From a virus (Duplodnaviria > Heunggongvirae > Uroviricota > Caudoviricetes), in the IMG/VR virus record IMGVR_UViG_2513237200_000007: 47,685 nucleotides of DNA; one strand, 5' to 3'. Within the stretch, counting starts at the first letter, position 1, and each line of letters starts with the position of its first letter. A program made the position numbers and the translations under genes. A model generated the notes under the pieces. That model was not told the origin of the DNA. It saw only the letters and a list, made by a program, of their open reading frames with translations, and searched no databases. This document shows positions 31,923 to 42,935 of the stretch, piece after piece.

Positions 31923-32501
31923 ATGGCCATAAAAGGTCTTGAGCAGGCCGTTGAAAACCTCAGCCGTATCAGCAGAACGGCGGTGCCTGGTGCCGCCGCA
32001 ATGGCCATTAACCGCGTTGCTTCATCCGCGATATCGCAGTCGGCGTCACAAGTTGCCCGTGAGACAAAGGTACGCCGGAAACTGGTAAAGGAAAGGGCCA
32101 GGCTGAAAAGGGCCACTGTCAAAAATCCGCAGGCCAGAATCAAAGTTAACCGGGGGGATTTGCCCGTAATCAAGCTGGGTAATGCGCGGGTTGTCCTTTC
32201 GCGCCGCAGGCGTCGTAAAAAGGGGCAGCGTTCATCCCTGAAAGGTGGCGGCAGCGTGCTTGTGGTGGGTAACCGTCGTATTCCCGGCGCGTTTATTCAG
32301 CAACTGAAAAATGGCCGGTGGCATGTCATGCAGCGTGTGGCCGGGAAAAACCGTTACCCCATTGATGTGGTGAAAATCCCGATGGCGGTGCCGCTGACCA
32401 CGGCGTTTAAACAAAATATTGAGCGGATACGGCGTGAACGTCTTCCGAAAGAGCTGGGCTATGCGCTGCAGCATCAACTGAGGATGGTAATAAAGCGATG
32501 A
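31923..32501 (+). CDS. Z: tail completion protein Z
   Basis: 192 aa lambda gpZ-like. Confidence 0.9.
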   Translation: MAIKGLEQAVENLSRISRTAVPGAAAMAINRVASSAISQSASQVARETKVRRKLVKERARLKRATVKNPQARIKVNRGDLPVIKLGNARVVLSRRRRRKKGQRSSLKGGGSVLVVGNRRIPGAFIQQLKNGRWHVMQRVAGKNRYPIDVVKIPMAVPLTTAFKQNIERIRRERLPKELGYALQHQLRMVIKR

Positions 32502-32893
32502 AACATACTGAACTCCGTGCAGCCGTACTGGATGCACTGGAGAAGCATGACACCGGGGCGACGTTTTTTGATGGTCGCCCCGCTGTTTTTGATGAGGCGG
32601 ATTTTCCGGCAGTTGCCGTTTATCTCACCGGCGCTGAATACACGGGCGAAGAGCTGGACAGCGATACCTGGCAGGCGGAGCTGCATATCGAAGTTTTCCT
32701 GCCTGCTCAGGTGCCGGATTCAGAGCTGGATGCGTGGATGGAGTCCCGGATTTATCCGGTGATGAGCGATATCCCGGCACTGTCAGATTTGATCACCAGT
32801 ATGGTGGCCAGCGGCTATGACTACCGGCGCGACGATGATGCGGGCCTGTGGAGTTCAGCCGATCTGACTTATGTCATTACCTATGAAATGTGA
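32498..32893 (+). CDS. U: tail terminator protein U
   Basis: 131 aa lambda gpU-like; overlaps Z stop. Confidence 0.9.
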
Positions 32894-32900
32894 GGACGCT

Positions 32901-33641
32901 ATGCCTGTACCAAATCCTACAATGCCGGTGAAAGGTGCCGGGACCACCCTGTGGGTTTATAAGGGGAGCGGTGACCCTTATGCGAATCCGCTTTCAGACG
33001 TTGACTGGTCGCGTCTGGCAAAAGTTAAAGACCTGACGCCCGGCGAACTGACCGCTGAGTCCTATGACGACAGCTATCTCGATGATGAAGATGCAGACTG
33101 GACTGCGACCGGGCAGGGGCAGAAATCTGCCGGAGATACCAGCTTCACGCTGGCGTGGATGCCCGGAGAGCAGGGGCAGCAGGCGCTGCTGGCGTGGTTT
33201 AATGAAGGCGATACCCGTGCCTATAAAATCCGCTTCCCGAACGGCACGGTCGATGTGTTCCGTGGCTGGGTCAGCAGTATCGGTAAGGCGGTGACGGCGA
33301 AGGAAGTGATCACCCGCACGGTGAAAGTCACCAATGTGGGACGTCCGTCGATGGCAGAAGATCGCAGCACGGTAACAGCGGCAACCGGCATGACCGTGAC
33401 GCCTGCCAGCACCTCGGTGGTGAAAGGGCAGAGCACCACGCTGACCGTGGCCTTCCAGCCGGAGGGCGTAACCGACAAGAGCTTTCGTGCGGTGTCTGCG
33501 GATAAAACAAAAGCCACCGTGTCGGTCAGTGGTATGACCATCACCGTGAACGGCGTTGCTGCAGGCAAGGTCAACATTCCGGTTGTATCCGGTAATGGTG
33601 AGTTTGCTGCGGTTGCAGAAATTACCGTCACCGCCAGTTAA
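32901..33641 (+). CDS. V: major tail tube protein V
   Basis: 246 aa from [30 protein letters not shown]...; C-terminal Ig-like domain. Confidence 0.95.
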
Positions 33642-33656
33642 TCCGGAGAGTCAGCG

Positions 33657-34079
33657 ATGTTCCTGAAAACCGAATCATTTGAACATAACGGTGTGACCGT
33701 CACGCTTTCTGAACTGTCAGCCCTGCAGCGCATTGAGCATCTCGCCCTGATGAAACGGCAGGCAGAACAGGCGGAGTCAGACAGCAACCGGAAGTTTACT
33801 GTGGAAGACGCCATCAGAACCGGCGCGTTTCTGGTGGCGATGTCCCTGTGGCATAACCATCCGCAGAAGACGCAGATGCCGTCCATGAATGAAGCCGTTA
33901 AACAGATTGAGCAGGAAGTGCTTACCACCTGGCCCACGGAGGCAATTTCTCATGCTGAAAACGTGGTGTACCGGCTGTCTGGTATGTATGAGTTTGTGGT
34001 GAATGATGCCCCTGAACAGGCAGAGGACGCCGGGCCTGCAGAGCCTGTTTCTGCGGGAAAGTGTTCGACGGTGAGCTGA
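33657..34079 (+). CDS. G: tail assembly chaperone G
   Basis: 140 aa, MFLKTESFEHNGVTVTLSELSALQRIEHLALMKRQ... Confidence 0.9.
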   Translation: MFLKTESFEHNGVTVTLSELSALQRIEHLALMKRQAEQAESDSNRKFTVEDAIRTGAFLVAMSLWHNHPQKTQMPSMNEAVKQIEQEVLTTWPTEAISHAENVVYRLSGMYEFVVNDAPEQAEDAGPAEPVSAGKCSTVS

Positions 34080-34495
34080 GTTTTGCCCTGAAACTGGCGC
34101 GCGAGATGGGGCGACCCGACTGGCGTGCCATGCTTGCCGGGATGTCATCCACGGAGTATGCCGACTGGCACCGCTTTTACAGTACCCATTATTTTCATGA
34201 TGTTCTGCTGGATATGCACTTTTCCGGGCTGACGTACACCGTGCTCAGCCTGTTTTTCAGCGATCCGGATATGCATCCGCTGGATTTCAGTCTGCTGAAC
34301 CGGCGCGAGGCTGACGAAGAGCCTGAAGATGATGTGCTGATGCAGAAAGCGGCAGGGCTTGCCGGAGGCGTTCGTTTTGGCCCGGACGGGAATGAAGTTA
34401 TCCCCGCTTCCCCGGATGTGGCGGACATGACGGAGGATGACGTAATGCTGATGACAGTATCAGAAGGGATCGCAGGAGGAGTCCGGTATGGCTGA
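33657..34495 (+). CDS. T: tail assembly chaperone G-T fusion via programmed -1 frameshift
   Basis: Slippery heptamer GGGAAAG at 34055-34061 near the end of G; the -1 frame (track ORF 34061-34495) continues to just after the H start. Confidence 0.75.
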
Positions 34496-37049
34496 ACCGG
34501 TAGGCGATCTGGTCGTTGATTTAAGTCTGGATGCGGCCAGATTTGACGAGCAGATGGCCAGAGTCAGGCGTCATTTTTCCGGTACGGAAACTGATGCGAA
34601 AAAAACAGCGGCAGTCGTTGAACAGTCGCTGAGCCGACAGGCGCTGGCTGCACAGAAAGCGGGGATTTCCGTCGGGCAGTATAAAGCCGCCATGCGTATG
34701 CTGCCTGCACAGTTCACCGACGTGGCCACGCAGCTTGCAGGCGGGCAAAGTCCGTGGCTGATCCTGCTGCAACAGGGTGGTCAGGTTAAGGACTCCTTCG
34801 GCGGGATGATCCCCATGTTCAGGGGGCTTGCCGGTGCGATCACCCTGCCGATGGTGGGGGCCACCTCGCTGGCGGTGGCGACCGGTGCGCTGGCGTATGC
34901 CTGGTATCAGGGCAACTCAACCCTGTCCGATTTCAACAAAACGCTGGTCCTTTCCGGCAATCAGGCGGGACTGACGGCAGATCGTATTCTGGCCCTGTCC
35001 AGAGCCGGGCAGGCGGCAGGGCTGACGTTTAACCAGACCAGCGAGTCACTCAGCGCACTGGTTAAGGCGGGGGTAAGCGGTGAGGCTCAGATTGCGTCCA
35101 TCAGCCAGAGTGTGGCGCGTTTCTCCTCTGCATCCGGCGTGGAGGTGGACAAGGTCGCTGAAGCCTTCGGGAAGCTGACCACAGACCCGACGTCGGGGCT
35201 GACGGCGATGGCACGCCAGTTCCATAACGTGACGGCGGAGCAGATTGCGTATGTTGCTCAGTTGCAGCGTTCCGGCGATGAAGCCGGGGCATTGCAGGCG
35301 GCGAACGAGGCCGCAACGAAAGGGTTTGATGACCAGACCCGCCGCCTGAAAGAGAACATGGGCACGCTGGAGACCTGGGCAGACAGGACAGCACGGGCAT
35401 TCAAATCCATGTGGGATGCGGTGCTGGATATTGGTCGTCCTGATACCGCGCAGGAGATGCTGATTAAGGCAGAGGCTGCGTTTAAGAAAGCAGACGACAT
35501 CTGGAATCTGCGCAAGGATGATTATTTTGTTAACGATGAAGCGCGGGCGCGTTACTGGGATGATCGTGAAAAGGCCCGTCTTGCGCTTGAAGCCGCCCGA
35601 AAGAAGGCTGAGCAGCAGACTCAACAGGACAAAAATGCGCAGCAGCAGAGCGATACCGAAGCGTCACGGCTGAAATATACCGAAGAGGCGCAGAAGGCTT
35701 ACGAACGGCTGCAGACGCCGCTGGAGAAATATACCGCCCGTCAGGAAGAACTGAACAAGGCACTGAAAGACGGGAAAATCCTGCAGGCGGATTACAACAC
35801 GCTGATGGCGGCGGCGAAAAAGGATTATGAAGCGACGCTGAAAAAGCCGAAACAGTCCGGCGTGAAGGTGTCTGCGGGCGATCGTCAGGAAGACAGTGCT
35901 CATGCTGCCCTGCTGACGCTTCAGGCAGAACTCCGGACGCTGGAGAAGCATGCCGGAGCAAATGAGAAAATCAGCCAGCAGCGCCGGGATTTGTGGAAGG
36001 CGGAGAGTCAGTTCGCGGTACTGGAGGAGGCGGCGCAACGTCGCCAGCTGTCTGCACAGGAGAAATCCCTGCTGGCGCATAAAGATGAGACGCTGGAGTA
36101 CAAACGCCAGCTGGCTGCACTTGGCGACAAGGTTACGTATCAGGAGCGCCTGAACGCGCTGGCGCAGCAGGCGGATAAATTCGCACAGCAGCAACGGGCA
36201 AAACGGGCCGCCATTGATGCGAAAAGCCGGGGGCTGACTGACCGGCAGGCAGAACGGGAAGCCACGGAACAGCGCCTGAAGGAACAGTATGGCGATAATC
36301 CGCTGGCGCTGAATAACGTCATGTCAGAGCAGAAAAAGACCTGGGCGGCTGAAGACCAGCTTCGCGGGAACTGGATGGCAGGCCTGAAGTCCGGCTGGAG
36401 TGAGTGGGAAGAGAGCGCCACGGACAGTATGTCGCAGGTAAAAAGTGCAGCCACGCAGACCTTTGATGGTATTGCACAGAATATGGCGGCGATGCTGACC
36501 GGCAGTGAGCAGAACTGGCGCAGCTTCACCCGTTCCGTGCTGTCCATGATGACAGAAATTCTGCTTAAGCAGGCAATGGTGGGGATTGTCGGGAGTATCG
36601 GCAGCGCCATTGGCGGGGCTGTTGGTGGCGGCGCATCCGCGTCAGGCGGTACAGCCATTCAGGCCGCTGCGGCGAAATTCCATTTTGCAACCGGAGGATT
36701 TACGGGAACCGGCGGCAAATATGAGCCAGCGGGGATTGTTCACCGTGGTGAGTTTGTCTTCACGAAGGAGGCAACCAGCCGGATTGGCGTGGGGAATCTT
36801 TACCGGCTGATGCGCGGCTATGCCACCGGCGGTTATGTCGGTACACCGGGCAGCATGGCAGACAGCCGGTCGCAGGCGTCCGGGACGTTTGAGCAGAATA
36901 ACCATGTGGTGATTAACAACGACGGCACGAACGGGCAGATAGGTCCGGCTGCTCTGAAGGCGGTGTATGACATGGCCCGCAAGGGTGCCCGTGATGAAAT
37001 TCAGACACAGATGCGTGATGGTGGCCTGTTCTCCGGAGGTGGACGATGA
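34488..37049 (+). CDS. H: tail tape-measure protein H
   Basis: 853 aa lambda gpH-like; extended coiled-coil region. Confidence 0.95.
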   Translation: MAEPVGDLVVDLSLDAARFDEQMARVRRHFSGTETDAKKTAAVVEQSLSRQALAAQKAGISVGQYKAAMRMLPAQFTDVATQLAGGQSPWLILLQQGGQVKDSFGGMIPMFRGLAGAITLPMVGATSLAVATGALAYAWYQGNSTLSDFNKTLVLSGNQAGLTADRILALSRAGQAAGLTFNQTSESLSALVKAGVSGEAQIASISQSVARFSSASGVEVDKVAEAFGKLTTDPTSGLTAMARQFHNVTAEQIAYVAQLQRSGDEAGALQAANEAATKGFDDQTRRLKENMGTLETWADRTARAFKSMWDAVLDIGRPDTAQEMLIKAEAAFKKADDIWNLRKDDYFVNDEARARYWDDREKARLALEAARKKAEQQTQQDKNAQQQSDTEASRLKYTEEAQKAYERLQTPLEKYTARQEELNKALKDGKILQADYNTLMAAAKKDYEATLKKPKQSGVKVSAGDRQEDSAHAALLTLQAELRTLEKHAGANEKISQQRRDLWKAESQFAVLEEAAQRRQLSAQEKSLLAHKDETLEYKRQLAALGDKVTYQERLNALAQQADKFAQQQRAKRAAIDAKSRGLTDRQAEREATEQRLKEQYGDNPLALNNVMSEQKKTWAAEDQLRGNWMAGLKSGWSEWEESATDSMSQVKSAATQTFDGIAQNMAAMLTGSEQNWRSFTRSVLSMMTEILLKQAMVGIVGSIGSAIGGAVGGGASASGGTAIQAAAAKFHFATGGFTGTGGKYEPAGIVHRGEFVFTKEATSRIGVGNLYRLMRGYATGGYVGTPGSMADSRSQASGTFEQNNHVVINNDGTNGQIGPAALKAVYDMARKGARDEIQTQMRDGGLFSGGGR

Positions 37050-37375
37050 AGACCTTCCGCTGGAAAGTGAAACCCGGTATGGATGTGGCTTCGATCCCTT
37101 CTGTAAGAAAGGTGCGCTTTGGTGATGGCTATTCTCAGCGAGCGCCTGCCGGGCTGAATGCCAACCTGAAAACGTACAGCGTGACGCTTTCTGTCCCCCG
37201 TGAGGAGGCCACGGTACTGGAGTCGTTTCTGGAAGAGCACGGGGGCTGGAAATCCTTTCTGTGGACGCCGCCTTATGAGTGGCGGCAGATAAAGGTGACC
37301 TGCGCAAAATGGTCGTCGCGGGTCAGTATGCTGCGTGTTGAGTTCAGCGCAGAGTTTGAACAGGTGGTGAACTGA
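37046..37375 (+). CDS. M: tail tip protein M
   Basis: 109 aa; ATGA overlap with H. Confidence 0.9.
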   Translation: MKTFRWKVKPGMDVASIPSVRKVRFGDGYSQRAPAGLNANLKTYSVTLSVPREEATVLESFLEEHGGWKSFLWTPPYEWRQIKVTCAKWSSRVSMLRVEFSAEFEQVVN

Positions 37376-38073
37376 TGCAGGATATCCGGCAGGAAACACT
37401 GAATGAATGCACCCGTGCGGAGCAGTCGGCCAGCGTGGTGCTCTGGGAAATCGACCTGACAGAGGTCGGTGGAGAACGTTATTTTTTCTGTAATGAGCAG
37501 AACGAAAAAGGTGAGCCGGTCACCTGGCAGGGGCGACAGTATCAGCCGTATCCCATTCAGGGGAGTGGTTTTGAACTGAATGGCAAAGGCACCAGTACGC
37601 GCCCCACACTGACGGTTTCTAACCTGTACGGTATGGTCACCGGGATGGCGGAAGATCTGCAGAGTCTGGTCGGTGGAACGGTGGTCCGGCGTAAGGTTTA
37701 CGCCCGTTTTCTGGATGCGGTGAACTTCGTCAACGGAAACAGTGGCGCCGATCCGGAGCAGGAGGTGATCAGCCGCTGGCGCATTGAGCAGTGCAGCGAA
37801 CTGAGCGCGGTGAGTGCCTCTTTTGTACTGTCCACGCCGACGGAAACGGACGGTGCTGTTTTTCCGGGACGTATCATGCTGGCCAACACCTGCACCTGGA
37901 CCTATCGCGGTGATGAGTGCGGTTATCACGGTCCGGCAGTCGCGGATGAATATGACCAGCCAACGTCCGATATCACGAAGGATAAATGCAGCAAATGCCT
38001 GAGCGGTTGTAAGTTCCGCAATAACGTCGGCAACTTTGGCGGCTTCCTTTCCATTAACAAACTTTCGCAGTAA
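37375..38073 (+). CDS. L: tail tip protein L
   Basis: 232 aa lambda gpL-like with C-terminal Cys cluster. Confidence 0.9.
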   Translation: MQDIRQETLNECTRAEQSASVVLWEIDLTEVGGERYFFCNEQNEKGEPVTWQGRQYQPYPIQGSGFELNGKGTSTRPTLTVSNLYGMVTGMAEDLQSLVGGTVVRRKVYARFLDAVNFVNGNSGADPEQEVISRWRIEQCSELSAVSASFVLSTPTETDGAVFPGRIMLANTCTWTYRGDECGYHGPAVADEYDQPTSDITKDKCSKCLSGCKFRNNVGNFGGFLSINKLSQ

Positions 38074-38078
38074 ATCCC

Positions 38079-38822
38079 ATGACACAGACAGAATCAGCGA
38101 TTCTGGCGCACGCCCGGCGATGTGCGCCAGCGGAGTCGTGCGGCTTCGTGGTAAGCACGCCGGAGGGGGAAAGATATTTTCCCGGCGTGAATATTTCCGG
38201 TGAGCCGGAGGATTATTTCCGGATGGCTCCGGAGGACTGGCTGCAGGCAGAAATGCAGGGTGAGATTGTGGCGCTGGTCCACAGCCACCCCGGTGGTCTG
38301 CCCTGGCTGAGTGAGGCTGACCGGCGGCTGCAGGTGCAGAGTGATTTGCCGTGGTGGCTGGTCTGCCGGGGGGCGATTCATAAGTTCCGCTGTGTGCCGC
38401 ATCTCACCGGGCGGCGCTTTGAGCACGGGGTGACGGACTGTTACACGCTGTTCCGGGATGCTTATCATCTGGCGGGGATTGAGATGCCGGATTTTCATCG
38501 CGGGGATGACTGGTGGCGTCACGGTCAGAATCTCTATCTGGATAATCTGGAGGCCACAGGGCTGTATCAGGTGCCGTTGTCAGCGGCGCAGCCGGGCGAT
38601 GTGCTGCTGTGCTGTTTTGGTTCATCGGTGCCGAATCATGCCGCCATTTACTGTGGTGATGGCGAGCTGCTGCACCATATTCCTGAACAACTGAGCAAAC
38701 GAGAGAGGTACACCGACAAATGGCAGCGACGCACACACTCCCTCTGGCGTCACCGGGCATGGCGCGCATCTGCCTTTACGGGGATTTACAACGATTTGGT
38801 CGCCGCATCGACCTTCGTGTGA
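38079..38822 (+). CDS. K: tail tip assembly protein K (JAB/MPN and NlpC/P60-like motifs)
   Basis: 247-aa ORF; HSHPGG JAMM-like motif and downstream Cys/His peptidase-like region; 3' end overlaps I. The true start could be internal. Confidence 0.85.
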   Translation: MTQTESAILAHARRCAPAESCGFVVSTPEGERYFPGVNISGEPEDYFRMAPEDWLQAEMQGEIVALVHSHPGGLPWLSEADRRLQVQSDLPWWLVCRGAIHKFRCVPHLTGRRFEHGVTDCYTLFRDAYHLAGIEMPDFHRGDDWWRHGQNLYLDNLEATGLYQVPLSAAQPGDVLLCCFGSSVPNHAAIYCGDGELLHHIPEQLSKRERYTDKWQRRTHSLWRHRAWRASAFTGIYNDLVAASTFV

Positions 38823-39391
38823 AAACGGGGGCTGAAGCCATCCGGGCACTGGCCACACAGCTCCCGGCGTTTCGTCAGAAACTGAGCGACGGCTGGTATC
38901 AGGTACGGATTGCCGGGCGGGACGTCAGCACGTCCGGGTTAACGGCGCAGTTACATGAGACTCTGCCTGATGGCGCTGTGATTCATATTGTTCCCAGAGT
39001 CGCCGGGGCCAAGTCAGGTGGCGTATTCCAGATTGTCCTGGGGGCTGCCGCCATTGCCGGATCATTCTTTACCGCCGGAGCCACCCTTGCAGCATGGGGG
39101 GCAGCCATTGGGGCCGGTGGTATGACCGGCATCCTGTTTTCTCTCGGTGCCAGTATGGTGCTCGGTGGTGTGGCGCAGATGCTGGCACCGAAAGCCAGAA
39201 CTCCCCGTACACAGACAACGGATAACGGTAAGCAGAACACCTATTTCTCCTCACTGGATAACATGGTTGCCCAGGGCAATGTTCTGCCTGTTCTGTACGG
39301 GGAAATGCGCGTGGGGTCACGCGTGGTTTCTCAGGAGATCAGCACGGCAGACGAAGGGGACGGTGGTCAGGTTGTGGTGATTGGTCGCTGA
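38720..39391 (+). CDS. I: tail tip assembly protein I
   Basis: 223 aa with ubiquitin-like N-terminus and Gly/Ala-rich hydrophobic C-terminal region; lambda gpI-like. Confidence 0.9.
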   Translation: MAATHTLPLASPGMARICLYGDLQRFGRRIDLRVKTGAEAIRALATQLPAFRQKLSDGWYQVRIAGRDVSTSGLTAQLHETLPDGAVIHIVPRVAGAKSGGVFQIVLGAAAIAGSFFTAGATLAAWGAAIGAGGMTGILFSLGASMVLGGVAQMLAPKARTPRTQTTDNGKQNTYFSSLDNMVAQGNVLPVLYGEMRVGSRVVSQEISTADEGDGGQVVVIGR

Positions 39392-39410
39392 TGCAAAATG
39401 TTTTATGTGA

Positions 39411-39431
39411 AACCGCCTGCGGGCGGTTTTG
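39411..39431 (+). terminator. hairpin plus T-run between I and J
   Basis: AACCGCC-TGCG-GGCGGTT followed by TT. Confidence 0.4.
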
Positions 39432-39451
39432 TCATTTATGGAGCGTGAGGA

Positions 39452-42400
39452 ATGAGTAAAGGAAGCAGTAAGGGGCATACCCCGCGCGAAGCGAAGGACA
39501 ACCTGAAGTCCACGCAGTTGCTGAGTGTGATCGATGCCATCAGCGAAGGGCCGGTTGAAGGTCCGGTGGATGGATTAAAAAGCGTGCTGCTGAACAGTAC
39601 GCCGGTGCTGGACACTGAGGGGAATACCAACATCTCCGGTGTCACGGTGGTGTTCCGTGCCGGTGAGCAGGAGCAGACACCGCCGGAGGGGTTTGAATCC
39701 TCCGGCTCCGAGACGGTGTTGGGTACGGAAGTGAAATACGACACGCCGATCACCCGCGCCATCACGTCGGCAAACATCGACCGACTGCGCTTTACCTTCG
39801 GTGTGCAGGCACTGGTGGAAACCACCTCAAAGGGGGACCGGAATCCGTCGGAAGTTCGCCTGCTGGTTCAGATACAGCGTAATGGTGGCTGGGTGACGGA
39901 AAAAGATATCACCATTAAGGGCAAAACCACCTCGCAGTATCTGGCCTCGGTGGTGGTGGATAACCTGCCGCCGCGCCCGTTTAATATCCGGATGCGCAGA
40001 ATGACGCCGGACAGCACCACAGACCAGCTGCAGAACAAAACGCTCTGGTCGTCATACACCGAAATCATCGATGTGAAACAGTGCTACCCGAACACGGCAC
40101 AGGTCGGCGTGCAGGTGGATTCGGAGCAGTTCGGCAGCCAGCAGGTGAGCCGTAATTATCATCTTCGCGGGCGCATTCTGCAGGTGCCGTCGAATTATAA
40201 CCCGCAGACGCGGCAATACAGCGGTATCTGGGACGGAACGTTAAAACCGGCATACAGCAACAACATGGCCTGGTGTCTGTGGGATATGCTGACCCACCCG
40301 CGCTACGGCATGGGGAAACGTCTTGGTGCGGCAGATGTGGATAAATGGGCGCTGTATGTCATCGGCCAGAATTGCGACCAGTCGGTGCCGGACGGCTTTG
40401 GCGGTACGGAGCCGCGCATCACCTGTAACGCTTACCTGACCACACAACGTAAGGCGTGGGATGTGCTCAGTGATTTCTGCTCGGCGATGCGCTGTATGCC
40501 GGTATGGAACGGGCAGACGCTGACGTTCGTGCAGGACCGACCGTCGGATAAGGTGTGGACCTATAACCGCAGTAATGTGGTGATGCCGGATGATGGCGCG
40601 CCGTTCCGCTACAGCTTCAGCGCCCTGAAAGACCGCCATAATGCCGTTGAGGTGAACTGGATTGACCCGGATAACGGCTGGGAGACGGCAACAGAGCTTG
40701 TGGAGGACTCGCAGGCCATTGCCCGTTACGGTCGTAACGTCACGAAGATGGATGCCTTTGGCTGTACCAGCCGGGGGCAGGCACACCGCGCCGGGCTGTG
40801 GCTGATTAAAACGGAGCTGCTGGAAACGCAGACGGTGGACTTCAGCGTGGGTGCCGAAGGGCTTCGCCATGTGCCGGGCGATGTCATTGAAATCTGTGAT
40901 GATGACTATGCCGGTATCAGCACCGGCGGGCGCGTGCTGGCGGTAAACAGTCAGACCCGGACGCTGACGCTCGACCGTGAAATCACGCTGCCATCCTCCG
41001 GTACCACGCTGATAAGCCTGGTTGACGGAAGTGGCAATCCGGTCAGCGTGGAGGTTCAGTCCGTCACCGACGGCGTGAAGGTGAAAGTGAGCCGGGTTCC
41101 TGACGGCGTTGCTGAATACAGCGTGTGGGGGCTGAAGCTGCCGACGCTGCGCCAGCGCCTGTTCCGCTGCGTGAGTATCCGTGAGAACGACGACGGCACG
41201 TATGCCATCACCGCCGTGCAGCATGTACCGGAAAAAGAAGCCATCGTGGATAACGGGGCGCACTTTGACGGCGACCAGAGCGGCACGGTGAATGGTGTCA
41301 CGCCGCCAGCGGTGCAGCACCTGACTGCCGAAGTCACCGCAGACAGTGGGGAATACCAGGTGCTGGCCCGCTGGGACACGCCGAAGGTGGTGAAGGGCGT
41401 GAGTTTCATGCTTCGCCTGACCGTGGCAGCGGATGACGGCAGTGAGCGGCTGGTCAGCACGGCCCGGACGGCGGAAACCACATACCGCTTCACGCAACTG
41501 GCGCCAGGGAACTACAGGCTGACAGTCCGGGCGGTAAATGCGTGGGGGCAGCAGGGCGATCCGGCGTCGGTATCGTTCCGGATTGCCGCACCGGCAGCAC
41601 CGTCGAGGATTGAGCTGACGCCGGGCTATTTTCAGATAACCGCCACGCCGCATCTTGCCGTTTATGACCCGACGGTACAGTTTGAGTTCTGGTTCTCGGA
41701 AAAGCGGATTACCGATATCAGGCAGGTTGAAACCACAGCCCGCTATCTTGGTACGGCGCTGTACTGGATAGCCGCCAGTATCAATATCAAACCGGGCCAT
41801 GATTATTACTTTTATATCCGCAGTGTGAACACCGTTGGCAAATCGGCATTCGTGGAGGCCGTCGGTCGGGCGAGCGATGATGCGGAAGGTTACCTGGATT
41901 TTTTCAAAGGCAAGATAACCGAATCCCATCTCGGTAAAGAGCTGCTGGAAAAAGTTGATCTGACGGAGGATAACGCCAGCAGACTGGATGAGTTTTCGAA
42001 AGAGTGGAAGGACGCTAACGATAAATGGAATGCCATGTGGGGCGTCAAAATTGAGCAGACCAAAGACGGCAAACATTATGTCGCGGGTATTGGCCTCAGC
42101 ATGGAGGACACGGAGGAAGGCAAGCTGAGCCAGTTTCTGGTTGCCGCTAACCGTATCGCGTTTATTGACCCGGCAAACGGGAATGAAACGCCGATGTTTG
42201 TGGCGCAGGGCAACCAGATATTCATGAACGACGTGTTCCTGAAGCGCCTGACAGCCCCCACCATTACCAGCGGTGGCAGCCCTCCGGTATTTTCCCTGAC
42301 ATCAGACGGAAAGCTGACCGCTAAAAATGCGGATATCAGTGGTAGTGTGAATGCGAACTCAGGAACGCTCAACAATGTCACGATTAACCAGAACTGTACG

Positions 42401-42865
42401 ATTAAGGGCATGCTGGAGGCGACTCAGGTCAGAGGTGACTTCGTTAAAGCTGTATCCAAATCATTTCCGAAACAGGCTGGTACGTGGGGTAACACGGAAA
42501 CACCAAACGGGACGGTTACAGTCACCATCAGCGATGATCATAACTTTGACCGTCAAATCATTATTCCGCCCATTATCTTTAACGGAATAGCGTATAGCGA
42601 TCCGGGAAGTGGTAATAACCCGGGAGGTACAAGATACACGGGTTATGGTTTTGAAGTTCGCAAAAACGGTGTATTAATCGCATCCAGAGAAACTAAAGGG
42701 GCCATTCCCGGTAGCTACAGTGCGGTTATTGATATGCCGAGTGGCAGGGGAAGCGTCACTCTGGAGTTTAAGGTTTTCCATAAAGGCAATCAGCGGGCAG
42801 GTAATATCACCGACTGTACGGTGATTGTGACCAAAAAAGCGGCTTCAGGCATCAGTATTCGTTGA
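39452..42865 (+). CDS. J: central tail fibre / host specificity protein J with divergent C-terminal receptor-binding domain
   Basis: 1137 aa; most of the protein is lambda gpJ-like (fibronectin-III-like repeats), but the last roughly 150 aa differ from lambda J as recalled. Confidence 0.95.
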   Translation: MSKGSSKGHTPREAKDNLKSTQLLSVIDAISEGPVEGPVDGLKSVLLNSTPVLDTEGNTNISGVTVVFRAGEQEQTPPEGFESSGSETVLGTEVKYDTPITRAITSANIDRLRFTFGVQALVETTSKGDRNPSEVRLLVQIQRNGGWVTEKDITIKGKTTSQYLASVVVDNLPPRPFNIRMRRMTPDSTTDQLQNKTLWSSYTEIIDVKQCYPNTAQVGVQVDSEQFGSQQVSRNYHLRGRILQVPSNYNPQTRQYSGIWDGTLKPAYSNNMAWCLWDMLTHPRYGMGKRLGAADVDKWALYVIGQNCDQSVPDGFGGTEPRITCNAYLTTQRKAWDVLSDFCSAMRCMPVWNGQTLTFVQDRPSDKVWTYNRSNVVMPDDGAPFRYSFSALKDRHNAVEVNWIDPDNGWETATELVEDSQAIARYGRNVTKMDAFGCTSRGQAHRAGLWLIKTELLETQTVDFSVGAEGLRHVPGDVIEICDDDYAGISTGGRVLAVNSQTRTLTLDREITLPSSGTTLISLVDGSGNPVSVEVQSVTDGVKVKVSRVPDGVAEYSVWGLKLPTLRQRLFRCVSIRENDDGTYAITAVQHVPEKEAIVDNGAHFDGDQSGTVNGVTPPAVQHLTAEVTADSGEYQVLARWDTPKVVKGVSFMLRLTVAADDGSERLVSTARTAETTYRFTQLAPGNYRLTVRAVNAWGQQGDPASVSFRIAAPAAPSRIELTPGYFQITATPHLAVYDPTVQFEFWFSEKRITDIRQVETTARYLGTALYWIAASINIKPGHDYYFYIRSVNTVGKSAFVEAVGRASDDAEGYLDFFKGKITESHLGKELLEKVDLTEDNASRLDEFSKEWKDANDKWNAMWGVKIEQTKDGKHYVAGIGLSMEDTEEGKLSQFLVAANRIAFIDPANGNETPMFVAQGNQIFMNDVFLKRLTAPTITSGGSPPVFSLTSDGKLTAKNADISGSVNANSGTLNNVTINQNCTIKGMLEATQVRGDFVKAVSKSFPKQAGTWGNTETPNGTVTVTISDDHNFDRQIIIPPIIFNGIAYSDPGSGNNPGGTRYTGYGFEVRKNGVLIASRETKGAIPGSYSAVIDMPSGRGSVTLEFKVFHKGNQRAGNITDCTVIVTKKAASGISIR

Positions 42866-42887
42866 AATATTTATAACCCCAATAAAT

Positions 42888-42912
42888 GGCGTCAGGAATG
42901 ACGCCTTTTTTA
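42888..42912 (+). terminator. rho-independent terminator after J
   Basis: GGCGTCA-GGAA-TGACGCC followed by TTTTTTATT. Confidence 0.6.
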
Positions 42913-42935
42913 TTGCAGAAAAGCGAGAGGTAATT

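Noticed and set aside
40241-42076. 611-aa minus-strand ORF inside J, plus many other long antisense ORFs across the head and tail module (for example 24717-25484, 36642-37307, 37273-38085, 35664-36194)
   Set aside because: They lie antisense to well-supported lambda-type structural genes in GC-rich DNA where stop codons are rare; products are Arg/Pro/His-rich and not protein-like; no SD or operon context.
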